Shown here: piece by piece, positions 9,626 to 20,218 of the stretch
Layout of the letters: every line of letters begins with the position of its first letter
Numbering within the stretch: position 1 is the first letter of the stretch
Assembly (NCBI GenBank): GCA_964480445.1
Contig: CAYZPB010000001.1
Span: 23,096 to 87,095, forward strand
DNA from: an uncultured Bacillales bacterium
GTDB taxonomy: Bacteria; Bacillota; Bacilli; Tepidibacillales; Tepidibacillaceae
DNA: 64,000 bases
Reading direction: 5' to 3'
Program-made: the position numbers and the translations under genes
The notes under the pieces: generated by a model
The model's database searches: none
What the model saw: only the letters and a program-made list of their open reading frames with translations
Told to the model about the DNA's origin: nothing

Positions 9626-10804
9626 TTGCATTTGTCAAAACGTGCTTTAAAAATTGAACCGTCACCAACATTGGCAATCAATGCAAAAGCAAAGGAATTA
9701 AAGAGTCAAGGAGTGAATGTAATTAGTTTAAGTGCCGGTGAGCCGGATTTTAATACAGCAGATAATATTATTGAGGCTGCGTATCAAGCAATGCTATCTG
9801 GACAGACTAAATACACTGCGGCAAGTGGGATTTCTGAATTGAAGAAAGCGGTTGTAAAGAAATATATAGATGATAATGGGCTAAGGTATACTGAGCAACA
9901 GGTGATTATAACAAATGGTGCTAAGCATGCGCTTTATAACTACTTTCAGGCCGTTTGCAATCCCTATGATGAGGTTCTTATACCAACACCATATTGGGTC
10001 AGCTACCCGCAAATGGTTAAACTAGCTGGTGCTACGCCAGTTTTTGTTAAAGGTAAAGAACAAACTCAATATAAAATTACCCCAGAACAATTAGAAGAAA
10101 GCATTACGGACAAAACGAAGGTTTTGATTCTTAATTCTCCCTGTAATCCGACAGGTGCGATTTACGATCGTGATGAATTGGCTGGACTAGCTAAAGTATG
10201 CAAGAAATACAATATACTAATTATCTCAGATGAAATTTATGAAAAACTAATTTATAATGACGAGAAGCATGTGAGTATTGCTAGTTTGAATGATGATGCT
10301 TACCAGCGTACGACTGTTGTAAATGGCTTATCGAAGCCTTACGCAATGACTGGCTGGAGAATTGGCTACGCTGCTGGTGATAAAAAGATCATTAAAGCAA
10401 TGTCGGATATTTCTAGTCATAGCACCTCTAATCCAGTTACTTTTGCACAGTATGGGGCAATTGAGGCGATGACTGGGTCGCAGGTTGAACTTGAAAAAAT
10501 GAAAAAGGAATTCTCGGCAAGAAGAGATTATGTTATGGGAAGATTAGCAGAGATACCTGCAATAAAGCCGATAAATCCTGCAGGTGCCTTCTATGTGTTT
10601 ATTGATATTTCAGATTTAATCAAGGAGAAATATCAGAACGCTGATGAATTTTCTGAAAAGCTTCTAGAAGAGGAACTTGTGGCAGTCGTACCTGGCTCTG
10701 CCTTCGGCGCAGATAATTTTATTAGAATCTCGTATGCAACCTCGCTAGAACAGTTAGAAGTTGGTTTAAATCGTATTGAAAGCTTCATTCAGCGAATTAT
10801 CTAA
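9626..10804 (+). CDS. aspB: aspartate aminotransferase (PLP-dependent, class I)
   Basis: 392 aa with the PLP-lysine motif SKPYAMTGWRIGY and SNPCNPTG-like NSPCNPTG. TTG start with AAGGGGG upstream. Confidence 0.85.
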   Translation: MHLSKRALKIEPSPTLAINAKAKELKSQGVNVISLSAGEPDFNTADNIIEAAYQAMLSGQTKYTAASGISELKKAVVKKYIDDNGLRYTEQQVIITNGAKHALYNYFQAVCNPYDEVLIPTPYWVSYPQMVKLAGATPVFVKGKEQTQYKITPEQLEESITDKTKVLILNSPCNPTGAIYDRDELAGLAKVCKKYNILIISDEIYEKLIYNDEKHVSIASLNDDAYQRTTVVNGLSKPYAMTGWRIGYAAGDKKIIKAMSDISSHSTSNPVTFAQYGAIEAMTGSQVELEKMKKEFSARRDYVMGRLAEIPAIKPINPAGAFYVFIDISDLIKEKYQNADEFSEKLLEEELVAVVPGSAFGADNFIRISYATSLEQLEVGLNRIESFIQRII

Positions 10805-10837
10805 GAACCTACTTAACTACACGATTTGGAGGAAATT

Positions 10838-11563
10838 ATGTCTAATAAGAACCAACTAATTATTGAGCATATAAAAGCAGGGACAACTTGTGTCCCTAAT
10901 TTACTTTTAGATAATTATAAGAAAATAGGGATTGATGAGACAGAGCTTGTTTTATTGATTCATCTTTTGTATTTTCAGAGTAGGGACAATTATTTTCCTA
11001 GCACTGTTTTGTTAGAAGAAAAGATGTCATCATCTAGCGATAAAATAATGGAGACCTTACAAGGACTTCTGCACCGGGGCTTTTTGTTAATAGAGGACGG
11101 ACTAGACGAGAAATCTGGTTTGATTTATGAAAGATATAATTTAGAACCAATTTTTATTAGACTCTTTGCTCATTTAGAACAAGAAGCAGATAAACGAACC
11201 ATTAGCGTAAGGCAAGAAGATAAGGAAAAAGAAATTACTAACATTTTCAAGTCTTTTGAACAAGAATTTGGCAGAGCTTTATCACCAATTGAGATTGAGT
11301 TAATTTCTACTTGGCTTGATAAAGATCGTCATGGTCCAGAAATCATTCTCTATGCTCTGAAGGAAGCAGTTTTTTCTAACAAGCTCAGTTTTCGCTATGT
11401 TGATAGCATTCTTCTTGATTGGCAACAAAAAGGAATCAAAAACCTAGAACAGGTTAGAGAACACGTTAAGAAATTTAGAAATGCCAAAGCTAGCAGTGGC
11501 TCCGGTAAGTTTGCAACTAATCCTGATTTCGAACCATATAATTGGCTAGAGGAGAGAAAGTAA
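10838..11563 (+). CDS. dnaD: DnaD-domain replication initiation/membrane attachment protein
   Basis: An N-terminal winged-helix-like region plus a C-terminal DnaD/DnaB_2 repeat ([16 protein letters not shown]...[14 protein letters not shown]). ATG 10838 follows GGAGG. Its stop overlaps the smc ATG. Confidence 0.75.
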   Translation: MSNKNQLIIEHIKAGTTCVPNLLLDNYKKIGIDETELVLLIHLLYFQSRDNYFPSTVLLEEKMSSSSDKIMETLQGLLHRGFLLIEDGLDEKSGLIYERYNLEPIFIRLFAHLEQEADKRTISVRQEDKEKEITNIFKSFEQEFGRALSPIEIELISTWLDKDRHGPEIILYALKEAVFSNKLSFRYVDSILLDWQQKGIKNLEQVREHVKKFRNAKASSGSGKFATNPDFEPYNWLEERK

Positions 11564-14500
11564 TGCAGCTAAAAAGTGTAATAATTAATGGCTTTAAATC
11601 ATTTGCCGATAAAACAGAAATTGATTTCACTGAGGGTATAGTTGCGATTGTAGGACCAAATGGCTGCGGCAAGAGTAATATTGCCGATGCAATTCGCTGG
11701 GTGCTTGGCGAGCAGAGCGCTAAAAGCTTGCGCGGATCAAGAATGGATGATGTGATTTTTTCTGGGAGTGAGAATCGTAAACCAGTAAATTATGCAGAAG
11801 TTTCCCTTGTTTTGGATAATCAAGCAAAGCAAATCAAACTTGATTTTTCCGAGGTTGTCGTTACCAGACGTCTTTATAGAACGGGTGAGAGTGAGTATTT
11901 AATTAACAAACAACAAGTACGATTAAAAGATATATCTAATCTATTTGTGGATACGGGACTAGGGAAAGAATCTTTCTCTATTATTGGCCAAGGGCGGATA
12001 GATGACATTCTTAGCACTAAACCTGAGGAACGAAGAGGAATTTTTGAAGAGGCAGCTGGCATTGTTAAATATAAAAACCGTAAAAGAGAGGCGCAGCGAA
12101 AACTTGATGATACTGAGCTGAACCTGATTAGGATATATGACCTGATAGTTGAGCTAGAAGGACAAATTGAGCCGCTTAAATATCAATCGGCACAAGCTTT
12201 GGAATATAAAGAGTATGATAATAGATTGAAAGATTTGAATATCAAGATATATGTTCATGACATTAATAATATTTATCAAAAGTGGCTGCAGGCGGAAGAG
12301 ATTAAGGAAACTTTTTCGAAGGAGCAGCTCGAATATAGCTCGAATGTAAATATTATCGATGCAGCAATTGAAGAGAAACGTTGGGCCGTCAGTAAGCTGG
12401 ATCAAGAGTTAGAGGAGCTATATCAACAGCATTTATCAGCAAGTGAAAAGTTAGAGCAGGAAGAAGGCAAACGTGGAGTATTGTGTGAAAGGGAGAAAAA
12501 CCAAAGCTCTTCCAGGGAGAATCTGGTTAATAGTATTAATAAAGCAAGAGAAAAATACGATGGGTTAAATGATTCGATCGAAAAGGAATTGCAAATTAAA
12601 AAAGAGAAAGCTAGTATGATCAAGGAAATGGAAGCAGATTTGCTAGAGAAAGAACAATATTTAAACGATTTTGCGAAAAACAAAACAGAGGAGCTGGAAG
12701 AACTAAAAGCTGAATACTTTGATGTTTTAAATAGAACAGCTACTCTGCGCAACGATTCCACGCATTTAAACAACCAATTAAATTCGCTGGTTTATCGTAA
12801 TGACAAATTAAAAAGCGAAAGAACAAAAATAGAAAACGAATTAAATAAATTTGCTGAAGAAACACTTAAGCTCAACAATGAATTAGCAGGAGTTGAAACT
12901 AGATGTCAGGCCTTATTACCAGTAATGGAGGAGCTTGAGCTTGCTCGCAAGACTATAGAGTCAGAAATTCAGCAGACTAAAGATGAATTTATCAAAACTC
13001 AGAACCTTCTTAGTGCCAGCAGTTCTAAACAGGAAACGCTAGAAGGGATGCAGATGGCTTTATCTGGTTACACGCATGGAGCGAAAGAAGTACTGACCTT
13101 ACGAAATAACAAAAAAATCAAAGGGATTATTGGCTCGGTGGCAGAACTTTTAACTGTGCCCAAAGAATATGAGTTAGCAATCGAGATTGCATTAGGCAAC
13201 TCTTTGCAACATATAGTGGTCGACAATGAAGAGATCGGCAGAGAAACGATAAAGTATCTTAAGGATAAAAGGAGTGGAAGAGCTACTTTGCTTCCGCTGA
13301 ATGTTATTAAGGGAAGGCGTTTTAATGTTAAAGAATTAGCCAGCATTGCGACTTTGCCTGGCTATATAGGACTGGCAATCGATAAGGTTGAACTAGATTT
13401 AATTTACGAAGAAATTGGTCATTTCTTGCTAGGTCGAATTATTATAGCTAAGGATTTAAAAAGTGCTAATCAGATTGCTAAGACTTTAAATTATAAATAC
13501 AAGATTGTGACTCAAGATGGTGATCTTGTTAATCCCGGTGGTTCAATGACCGGCGGCGAAATTACTAAGCAGAGTGGTAAGCTGCTTGGTAGACAACGAG
13601 AAATAGACGAGCTAATAGGCGAGATTGCTAAGCAAAAAAGCAAATTAAAAGGCAAGGAAGATAAGCTTAAGGACTTAAACTTAATCTTAATCGAGAATGA
13701 ACGAACATACCAAGAAAAACTCGCAGCTTATAGTACAGATGAAGCAAAGAGACGGCAAATCAAAGAGGGTTTAATTCAAACAGGTTATGAGAAAAAACGA
13801 CTTGAAGAGAGAGCCAAGTACCTAAATAATGACGACCAACAAATTTCTGCTGAAATCTGCACAGTAAATACTAAAATTAGTGATATAGAGTCAAATATGA
13901 TTGCAAATAAAAAACTTGAAGCTGAGTTGTTAGAAGAAATTAACCAAGCTAATGAAACACTAAATAAAGAAGAAGACGCTAAGGGTGAGTTAAGGGAGAC
14001 AATAACAAACATTAGGATTGAGCTTGCTACCCACAAAGAAGAGTACAATCATATTCTTAAAGTAATTGAGCGATTGAATATTGATTTAATGGAACAAAAG
14101 TCAAGTATTGACAAGCTGACTGCGGAGGCTGATTCGCTAGAAGCGGTATTACTTAATCTTCAATTTGATTTAACAGAAATTTCGAATGTTTTTGACGAAT
14201 ATAAAAATAAACGCGACGAGTTACAGAAAATAATTAATGATAAACGTAAAGAGAGACTAAAGTTTACTACTGAAATCGATCAAAAAGTTGCTGACTCTAA
14301 AGGTTTACGCGCGCAACTACGTTCTGTTGAGGACCTGCTACAGCAAAATGAAGTTAAACTAGGAAGACTTGATACACAACTTGAAAACCTTATTAATCAG
14401 TTAACCCTAGAGTATGAGATTAGCTTTGAAGCAGCGCAAGCAAAAGTCGATAAAGTTGAAAATGTAGGAGAGACACGTTCAGAAATTCAACGATTAAGGA

Positions 14501-15132
14501 AGTCGCTAAAGCAGCTCGGTGAAATTAATTTAGGAGCAATTGAAGAGTATGACCGCATAAACGAACGCTATAATTTCTTAACCACACAAAAAGCAGATTT
14601 AATCTCCGCGAAAGAGAGCTTGTATCAGGTTATAGCTGAGGCTGATGAAGAGATGACTAAGATTTTCAGCGAGAGCTTTGAAGCGATTCGCAAGCAATTC
14701 CGGATTGTTTTTGGCAAACTGTTTGCTGGCGGACTGGCCGATTTAGTTTTAACTGACCCAGATAATATTTTAGAGTCGGGGATTGAGATTCTTGCACAAC
14801 CTCCAGGCAAAAAACTGACCAGTATCGCGCTTTTATCAGGTGGAGAAAAGGCTTTAACTGCAATTTCATTATTATATGCAATATTACATGTTAAACCAGT
14901 CCCTTTCACCATTTTAGATGAGGTAGATGCCTCTTTAGACGACTCAAATGTAACCAAATTTGCAGAGTATCTACGTGATTTTAATGAAACAACGCAATTT
15001 ATTGTAATTACACACCGAAAAGGTACTATGGAGATTGCCGACGCTTTATATGGCGTGACGATGCAAGAGGCTGGTGTATCTAAACTAGTTTCTGTTAAAC
15101 TAGAGAATAAGGATAAACTAGAGGCTGTTTAG
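11563..15132 (+). CDS. smc: chromosome condensation/segregation ATPase SMC
   Basis: Walker [10 protein letters not shown], long coiled coils, a hinge ([10 protein letters not shown]...), signature [10 protein letters not shown] and Walker [16 protein letters not shown] 11563 lies 6 nt after GGAGAG, so the track start 11542 looks over-extended. Confidence 0.95.
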   Translation: MQLKSVIINGFKSFADKTEIDFTEGIVAIVGPNGCGKSNIADAIRWVLGEQSAKSLRGSRMDDVIFSGSENRKPVNYAEVSLVLDNQAKQIKLDFSEVVVTRRLYRTGESEYLINKQQVRLKDISNLFVDTGLGKESFSIIGQGRIDDILSTKPEERRGIFEEAAGIVKYKNRKREAQRKLDDTELNLIRIYDLIVELEGQIEPLKYQSAQALEYKEYDNRLKDLNIKIYVHDINNIYQKWLQAEEIKETFSKEQLEYSSNVNIIDAAIEEKRWAVSKLDQELEELYQQHLSASEKLEQEEGKRGVLCEREKNQSSSRENLVNSINKAREKYDGLNDSIEKELQIKKEKASMIKEMEADLLEKEQYLNDFAKNKTEELEELKAEYFDVLNRTATLRNDSTHLNNQLNSLVYRNDKLKSERTKIENELNKFAEETLKLNNELAGVETRCQALLPVMEELELARKTIESEIQQTKDEFIKTQNLLSASSSKQETLEGMQMALSGYTHGAKEVLTLRNNKKIKGIIGSVAELLTVPKEYELAIEIALGNSLQHIVVDNEEIGRETIKYLKDKRSGRATLLPLNVIKGRRFNVKELASIATLPGYIGLAIDKVELDLIYEEIGHFLLGRIIIAKDLKSANQIAKTLNYKYKIVTQDGDLVNPGGSMTGGEITKQSGKLLGRQREIDELIGEIAKQKSKLKGKEDKLKDLNLILIENERTYQEKLAAYSTDEAKRRQIKEGLIQTGYEKKRLEERAKYLNNDDQQISAEICTVNTKISDIESNMIANKKLEAELLEEINQANETLNKEEDAKGELRETITNIRIELATHKEEYNHILKVIERLNIDLMEQKSSIDKLTAEADSLEAVLLNLQFDLTEISNVFDEYKNKRDELQKIINDKRKERLKFTTEIDQKVADSKGLRAQLRSVEDLLQQNEVKLGRLDTQLENLINQLTLEYEISFEAAQAKVDKVENVGETRSEIQRLRKSLKQLGEINLGAIEEYDRINERYNFLTTQKADLISAKESLYQVIAEADEEMTKIFSESFEAIRKQFRIVFGKLFAGGLADLVLTDPDNILESGIEILAQPPGKKLTSIALLSGGEKALTAISLLYAILHVKPVPFTILDEVDASLDDSNVTKFAEYLRDFNETTQFIVITHRKGTMEIADALYGVTMQEAGVSKLVSVKLENKDKLEAV

Positions 15133-15158
15133 GCAACACAAACGTAATGGAGGTTCAA

Positions 15159-16109
15159 ATGGAACAAGTTGATAGCAATGAAAAACAAAATAAAATAGAG
15201 CAGGGGCTAGAGAAGACCAGACGAGGTCTTTTTCAGCGTTTAGAAGATCTTTTTAGCAGTAAAAAGGCGATCGACGAGGAACTTTTCGCTGAGCTGGAAG
15301 AAATATTAATTACAGCAGACCTTGGTCCCTTTACTGTAGATAGTTATATAGAAGAATTACGCGAAATTGCAAGGACGGAGAAGATTGATGATTTTGTTCT
15401 TCTAAAAGAACATCTATCGCAAATTATCCTTGCAACTTTTGAAAAGAAAAAATTCAATTACGAGTTAAATCTTGAAGAGGGTAAGTTGAATATCCTACTT
15501 GTTGTTGGCGTTAACGGAGTCGGTAAAACCACCTCGATTGGTAAGTTGGCTCATGTACTTTCTTCTGAGGGTAAAAAAGTTATGCTTGCCGCGGGCGATA
15601 CATTTAGGGCTGGGGCGATTGAGCAACTTGAATTATGGGGTAAAAGAGCTAAGGTGCCCGTAGTAAAAAATCAAGCAGGCGCCGATCCTTCGGCTGTAAT
15701 ATATGATGCTATCCAATCGGCTAAGGCTAATGAAATCGACGTTTTAATCTGCGACACAGCTGGAAGATTGCATAACAAGGCAAACCTGATGCAAGAGCTT
15801 AACAAGATTTTCCGGACAATCAGCAGAGAAGATGAGACAGCGCCGCAGGAGATACTGCTTGTATTGGATGCTAGCACCGGTCAGAATGCTTTTATGCAGG
15901 CTAAGCTATTTCAAGAGGTTGCACAGGTTTCAGGCATTATATTAACGAAACTGGATGGTACCGCAAAGGGTGGAATCATCATACCGATAGTTAATGAGTT
16001 AGAGATTCCTCCTAAATTTATTACAATGGGTGAGAAAATTGATGATATTCAGCCTTTCGTTGCAAAGGACTATATAGAAACAATTTTTGACAAGCTTCCG
16101 GGCAAATAA
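15159..16109 (+). CDS. ftsY: signal recognition particle receptor FtsY
   Basis: NG domain with GVNGVGKTT, DTAGRLHNK and TKLDGTAKGG. ATG 15159 follows GGAGG; the track start is 15147. Confidence 0.95.
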   Translation: MEQVDSNEKQNKIEQGLEKTRRGLFQRLEDLFSSKKAIDEELFAELEEILITADLGPFTVDSYIEELREIARTEKIDDFVLLKEHLSQIILATFEKKKFNYELNLEEGKLNILLVVGVNGVGKTTSIGKLAHVLSSEGKKVMLAAGDTFRAGAIEQLELWGKRAKVPVVKNQAGADPSAVIYDAIQSAKANEIDVLICDTAGRLHNKANLMQELNKIFRTISREDETAPQEILLVLDASTGQNAFMQAKLFQEVAQVSGIILTKLDGTAKGGIIIPIVNELEIPPKFITMGEKIDDIQPFVAKDYIETIFDKLPGK

Positions 16110-16112
16110 TGC

Positions 16113-16141
16113 TTGACATTATAATTACAAACAGATATTAT
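16113..16141 (+). promoter_or_regulatory. sigma-A-type promoter candidate for ylxM-ffh
   Basis: TTGACA (16113-16118), a 17-nt spacer, then TATTAT (16136-16141), in the 72-nt gap after ftsY. Confidence 0.45.
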
Positions 16142-16181
16142 ACATCTTGTAAAGCTAAGGAACTTTACGAGGTGAGAGACG

Positions 16182-16517
16182 ATGCTTGAACGAAAGACAA
16201 GGTATAATTTTCTTTACGATTTATACCAAGACCTGCTAACTGATCGACAGAAACAGTTTAGTGAGTTGTATTTTCAAGACGATCTTTCCTTTGCTGAGAT
16301 AGCAGAGGAATTTGCTATTTCTAGGCAGGGTGTCTACGAACATATAAAAAGAACTGAGAACCTACTTGATGATTATGAGCTAAAACTAGGTTTGCTTGAC
16401 AAGATGTTAAGACGACGTTCGCTTATTGTTAGATTGGAAGAACATTTAGCAACTCTTGACGAAACAGAAATAGCAAGGATTACGTCACTTGTTCAAGAAT
16501 TAAAAATGATTGACTAG
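16182..16517 (+). CDS. ylxM: UPF0122 helix-turn-helix protein YlxM (SRP operon)
   Basis: 111 aa with a sigma-70 region-4-like HTH (LSFAEIAEEFAISRQGVYEHIKR). It sits in the conserved position immediately upstream of ffh. Confidence 0.85.
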   Translation: MLERKTRYNFLYDLYQDLLTDRQKQFSELYFQDDLSFAEIAEEFAISRQGVYEHIKRTENLLDDYELKLGLLDKMLRRRSLIVRLEEHLATLDETEIARITSLVQELKMID

Positions 16518-16529
16518 GAGAGACTTATA

Positions 16530-17876
16530 ATGGCTTTTGAAGGTTTAACAGGTCGCTTACAGGGCATATTTAGTAAGCTACGTGGTAAAGGGATATTAAG
16601 TGAACAGGATATAGCAGAAGCAATGAGGGAAGTACGTCTTGCTTTATTAGAAGCGGATGTAAACTATGCCGTAGTAAAGGATTTTGTTGCAAGTCTTAAA
16701 GAAAAGGCACTCGGCCAAGAAATCTTAAAAAGCTTAACTCCTGGGCAACAGGTAATTAAGCTTGTTAATGAAGAACTAACTGAATTAATGGGTGGCGAGA
16801 TTTCTCACTTGCAGTTTGCCACTAAGGGACCAACAATTATACTGCTTGTCGGCCTACAAGGTGCGGGTAAAACAACGCAAGCGGCAAAGCTGGCTAAATA
16901 CTTGCAAAAGATGAACAAACGCCCACTGATGATTGCTGCTGACGTTTATCGGCCGGCTGCAAGAGAACAGTTACAGATTCTAGGTGAACAAATAAATGTA
17001 CCTGTTTTTAGCATTGAGGATTCGAAGGAAGCTACTAAAATTGTAAAAAATGGCATTAAACACGCTGAAAAAGAAAACTATGATGTTGTGATTATCGATA
17101 CAGCAGGAAGATTACATATTGATGAGCAATTGATGGGCGAACTAAGAGAAATCAAGAAGATTGCTCAGCCAACAGAAACACTTCTAGTAATTGATGCAAT
17201 GACCGGACAAGATGCGGTTAACGTTGCAAAAAACTTTAATGAGCAGTTGGAGATAACAGGTCTAATTTTAACCAAGTTAGATGGAGACACTCGCGGTGGA
17301 GCTGCGATTTCTGCAAAGGCGGTAACCGGTTCTCCAATTAAATTTGTTGGTATGGGAGAGAAAATTGATCAATTAGAGTCTTTTCATCCAGATCGGATGG
17401 CGTCAAGAATTCTTGGCATGGGAGACGTACTCAGTCTAATTGAAAAGGCTCAAGATTCAATCGATATTGAACAAGCTAAAGCGCTGGAACGCAAGTTACG
17501 CACCTCGGAAATTACCCTAGACGATTACTTGCTACAATTAGAGCAGCTAAAGGATATGGGACCGTTGGATGATGTGCTTGCAATGCTGCCTGGTGCGAGT
17601 AGAGGTAAAGATTTACGAAATTTTAAAGTAGATGAGCGCTTACTTACTAAGACCGAAGCAATAATTAAATCAATGACGGTTGAGGAAAAGACGGATTTAA
17701 ACATTTTAAATGCGAGTCGACGTCAAAGAATTGCAGCAGGTAGTGGGACGACAACCCAGGATGTTAATCGAATGCTTAAACAGTTTGAAGAGATGAAAAG
17801 AATGATGAAACAATTTTCTGGTAACACGAAAAAAGGACCTAGTAAAAGAGACTTTGGTAATTTTCCTTTTATGTGA
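16530..17876 (+). CDS. ffh: signal recognition particle protein Ffh
   Basis: GLQGAGKTT, DTAGRLH, TKLDGDTRGG, and a Met-rich M domain (MLKQFEEMKRMMKQF). Confidence 0.97.
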   Translation: MAFEGLTGRLQGIFSKLRGKGILSEQDIAEAMREVRLALLEADVNYAVVKDFVASLKEKALGQEILKSLTPGQQVIKLVNEELTELMGGEISHLQFATKGPTIILLVGLQGAGKTTQAAKLAKYLQKMNKRPLMIAADVYRPAAREQLQILGEQINVPVFSIEDSKEATKIVKNGIKHAEKENYDVVIIDTAGRLHIDEQLMGELREIKKIAQPTETLLVIDAMTGQDAVNVAKNFNEQLEITGLILTKLDGDTRGGAAISAKAVTGSPIKFVGMGEKIDQLESFHPDRMASRILGMGDVLSLIEKAQDSIDIEQAKALERKLRTSEITLDDYLLQLEQLKDMGPLDDVLAMLPGASRGKDLRNFKVDERLLTKTEAIIKSMTVEEKTDLNILNASRRQRIAAGSGTTTQDVNRMLKQFEEMKRMMKQFSGNTKKGPSKRDFGNFPFM

Positions 17877-17915
17877 TTATTATAGAACTAATTAATTATA
17901 GGAGGTGATTTTAAG

Positions 17916-18185
17916 ATGGCTGTAAGAATTCGTTTGAAAAGAATGGGAGCAAAAAAATCTCCGTTTTATCGTATCGTTGTTGCTGATTCACGTTCACCCC
18001 GTGACGGTAAATTTATCGAAGAGATTGGAACATATAATCCATTAACTGATCCGGCAAAGATAAGTATTGACGAAGAAAAAGCATTAGATTGGATGCAAAA
18101 AGGTGCAAAACCTTCAGACACAGTTCGAAACTTATTTAGCAATGCTGGTTTAATGACTAAACTACATGATTCAAAGCAAAAGTAG
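17916..18185 (+). CDS. rpsP: 30S ribosomal protein S16
   Basis: [31 protein letters not shown] is the canonical S16 N-terminus. AGGAGGTG SD upstream. Confidence 0.97.
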   Translation: MAVRIRLKRMGAKKSPFYRIVVADSRSPRDGKFIEEIGTYNPLTDPAKISIDEEKALDWMQKGAKPSDTVRNLFSNAGLMTKLHDSKQK

Positions 18186-18208
18186 CCCTTTGATTGGAGG
18201 ACTTAGCA

Positions 18209-18436
18209 ATGAAAGACTTATTAGAATTAATAGCAAAAGAATTAGTAGATAATCCTGATAAGGTAACGGTTACTGAAAAGCACTATGATCGTTTGATTGT
18301 ATTGGAATTATCTGTAGCTCCAGAGGATATTGGCAAGATTATTGGTAGGAAAGGCAAAGTTGTAAAGGCTCTTCGCACATTTATTGGTGCAATAGCAGTA
18401 CAGGATAATAGACGAGTTAATATCGAGATAGTTTAA
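18209..18436 (+). CDS. ylqC: KH-domain RNA-binding protein (UPF0109, YlqC/KhpA-like)
   Basis: 75 aa with the KH GxxG motif IGRKGKV. It lies in the conserved slot between rpsP and rimM. ATG 18209 follows GGAGG. Confidence 0.85.
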   Translation: MKDLLELIAKELVDNPDKVTVTEKHYDRLIVLELSVAPEDIGKIIGRKGKVVKALRTFIGAIAVQDNRRVNIEIV

Positions 18437-18457
18437 GCTTTAGGCGGTGAAATAGAA

Positions 18458-18979
18458 TTGAAACAAAAATATCTACGCATCGGAAAAATCTTTAATACGC
18501 ATGGACTAAAGGGTGAGCTTAGGGTTGAAGCTTATACAGATTTTCCAAATGAAAGATTTGCGGTAAATAATTCTCTCTATATTGGTTTATCTGAGGATGG
18601 GGTAATGACAGAAGTAATCGTTACTGATTATTTGCGTCATAAACAATTCTATATTCTTAGCTTCAAGGGCTATAACGATATCAATCAGGTCTTACATTTT
18701 ATCAACCAATATCTTTGGATTTCTTGCGAGGATCAGCACACGCTTGAAAAAAACGCCTACTATTACCATCAGATTATTGGCTGTAATGTAGAGAGTTTAG
18801 TTGGTGAAGCTATTGGAACTGTTGCTGATATACTGCAAACTGGAGCTAATGATGTTTGGATAATAAAAAGGGTGAACCAGCCGGATTTGCTCATACCTTT
18901 TATTGAGGATGTTGTTATTAAGGTTGACCTTGATCAGCAATTAATAACAATCAATCCAATAGCTGGTTTAATTGAGTAG
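18458..18979 (+). CDS. rimM: 16S rRNA processing protein RimM
   Basis: LRIGKIFNTHGLKGELRV N-terminal motif and a PRC barrel C-terminus. TTG start. Confidence 0.9.
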   Translation: MKQKYLRIGKIFNTHGLKGELRVEAYTDFPNERFAVNNSLYIGLSEDGVMTEVIVTDYLRHKQFYILSFKGYNDINQVLHFINQYLWISCEDQHTLEKNAYYYHQIIGCNVESLVGEAIGTVADILQTGANDVWIIKRVNQPDLLIPFIEDVVIKVDLDQQLITINPIAGLIE

Positions 18980-18988
18980 GTGAATTAG

Positions 18989-19672
18989 ATGAAAATTGAT
19001 GTTTTAACCTTGTTTCCTGAGATGTTTGCTGGTGTTTTAGATAGTAGCATTCTAAAACGAGCGCGTGAAAAAGAGTTGATACTAGTTAATTTAATCAATT
19101 TCCGCGATTATACAACTGATAAACATAATCAGGTTGACGATTATCCTTACGGTGGTGGTAAAGGCATGCTTTTAAAACCAGAGCCAATATTTGCTGCTGT
19201 TGAAGCGATTGAAAATTGGCAAAAGGCGCGTATTATTATGCTAACTCCACAGGGAAAAACTTATAATCAAGAGCTTGCAAATGAACTTACAAAATCTAAT
19301 CATCTAATTTTACTTGCGGGTCATTATGAGGGGTTTGATGAAAGAATCCGCGAACATCTGGTCACCGATGAAATATCTATTGGCGACTATGTTTTAACTG
19401 GCGGCGAGCTGCCAGCAATGGTCATTATTGACAGCGTCACAAGGCTGATCCCTGGTGTTTTAGGAAGCAAAGAGTCGCTTATGCAGGAATCTTTTACTGA
19501 TAATTTGCTAGAATATCCACAATACACTAGGCCAGAAATTTTTCGCAACTGGCGAGTCCCAGAAATTTTACTATCGGGACATCATGCAAAGATTGAAAAG
19601 TGGCGTAAAGAAGAATCGTTTTCACGGACAGGTAGCCGCAGAAAAGATTTATTAAAGAAAAGGCATGATTAA
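18989..19672 (+). CDS. trmD: tRNA (guanine37-N1)-methyltransferase TrmD
   Basis: [28 protein letters not shown], and the [16 protein letters not shown] trefoil-knot motifs. Confidence 0.95.
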   Translation: MKIDVLTLFPEMFAGVLDSSILKRAREKELILVNLINFRDYTTDKHNQVDDYPYGGGKGMLLKPEPIFAAVEAIENWQKARIIMLTPQGKTYNQELANELTKSNHLILLAGHYEGFDERIREHLVTDEISIGDYVLTGGELPAMVIIDSVTRLIPGVLGSKESLMQESFTDNLLEYPQYTRPEIFRNWRVPEILLSGHHAKIEKWRKEESFSRTGSRRKDLLKKRHD

Positions 19673-19699
19673 TTTTGTTGTTTATCATTAATTCCTATG

Positions 19700-19780
19700 A
19701 TAAAATAGAAAATGTTGATTAAGATGTTCCGCTGGCTAGCAGATAGTGCAAGAACATTGATTTGGAAGGAGGTAATCAAC
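19700..19780 (+). promoter_or_regulatory. candidate rplS 5' leader (extended -10 promoter plus hairpin near the SD)
   Basis: TGATAAAAT, an extended -10-like element, is followed by a leader in which GATGTTC can pair with GAACATT just upstream of GGAAGGAGG. L19 autoregulatory leaders are known in Bacilli. Confidence 0.3.
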
Positions 19781-20128
19781 ATGAATTTAGTTGATCAAGT
19801 TATTAGAGAAAATTTAAGAACTGATTTACCAGATTTTCGTGCAGGTGACACTGTAAGAGCACACGTTAAAGTTGTTGAGGGTCAGCGCGAAAGAATTCAA
19901 ATATTTGAGGGTGTAGTAATTAAACGTCAAGGAAAAGGTATAAACTCGACCTTTACTGTACGTAAAATATCTTATGGCGTTGGTGTAGAACGTACACTGC
20001 CACTATACTCCCCTAAATTGAGCACGGTTGAGATTGTGCGACGTGGTAAGGTTCGCCAAGCAAGAATTTATTATCTGCGAAACCTACGTGGGAGAAAAGC
20101 AAGAATTAAGGAAAGAATTCAAAGATAA
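19781..20128 (+). CDS. rplS: 50S ribosomal protein L19
   Basis: A 115-aa product from ATG 19781 (MNLVDQV...), 7 nt after GGAAGGAGG. It carries the [16 protein letters not shown] motif. The track start 19712 adds a non-homologous 23 aa. Confidence 0.95.
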   Translation: MNLVDQVIRENLRTDLPDFRAGDTVRAHVKVVEGQRERIQIFEGVVIKRQGKGINSTFTVRKISYGVGVERTLPLYSPKLSTVEIVRRGKVRQARIYYLRNLRGRKARIKERIQR

Positions 20129-20139
20129 TGAATATGCAG

Positions 20140-20168
20140 AAAAGGCTTGTATAATACAAGCTTTTTTT
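20140..20168 (+). terminator. intrinsic terminator after rplS
   Basis: GCTTGTA-TAA-TACAAGC stem extended by A/T pairs, followed by T7. Confidence 0.75.
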
Positions 20169-20218
20169 CATATAATTTAGTCATCCATTAGAATAGGACA
20201 GAACGGAGCTAAGGACTA

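Noticed and set aside
12423-12773. 116-aa minus-strand ORF (with several similar ones at 11874-14957) inside smc
   Set aside because: The smc coiled-coil coding sequence is rich in GAA/AAG codons. That gives stop-poor antisense frames which translate to S/F/L repeats. No independent evidence of coding exists.
19712-19780. N-terminal extensions in the ORF track, for example rplS from 19712, smc from 11542, the M16 peptidase from 55888, dxr from 37745, dinG from 3109 and trmFO from 28179
   Set aside because: The extensions lack homology to the protein families. In each case an internal ATG/GTG/TTG is correctly spaced from a strong GGAGG-type SD.
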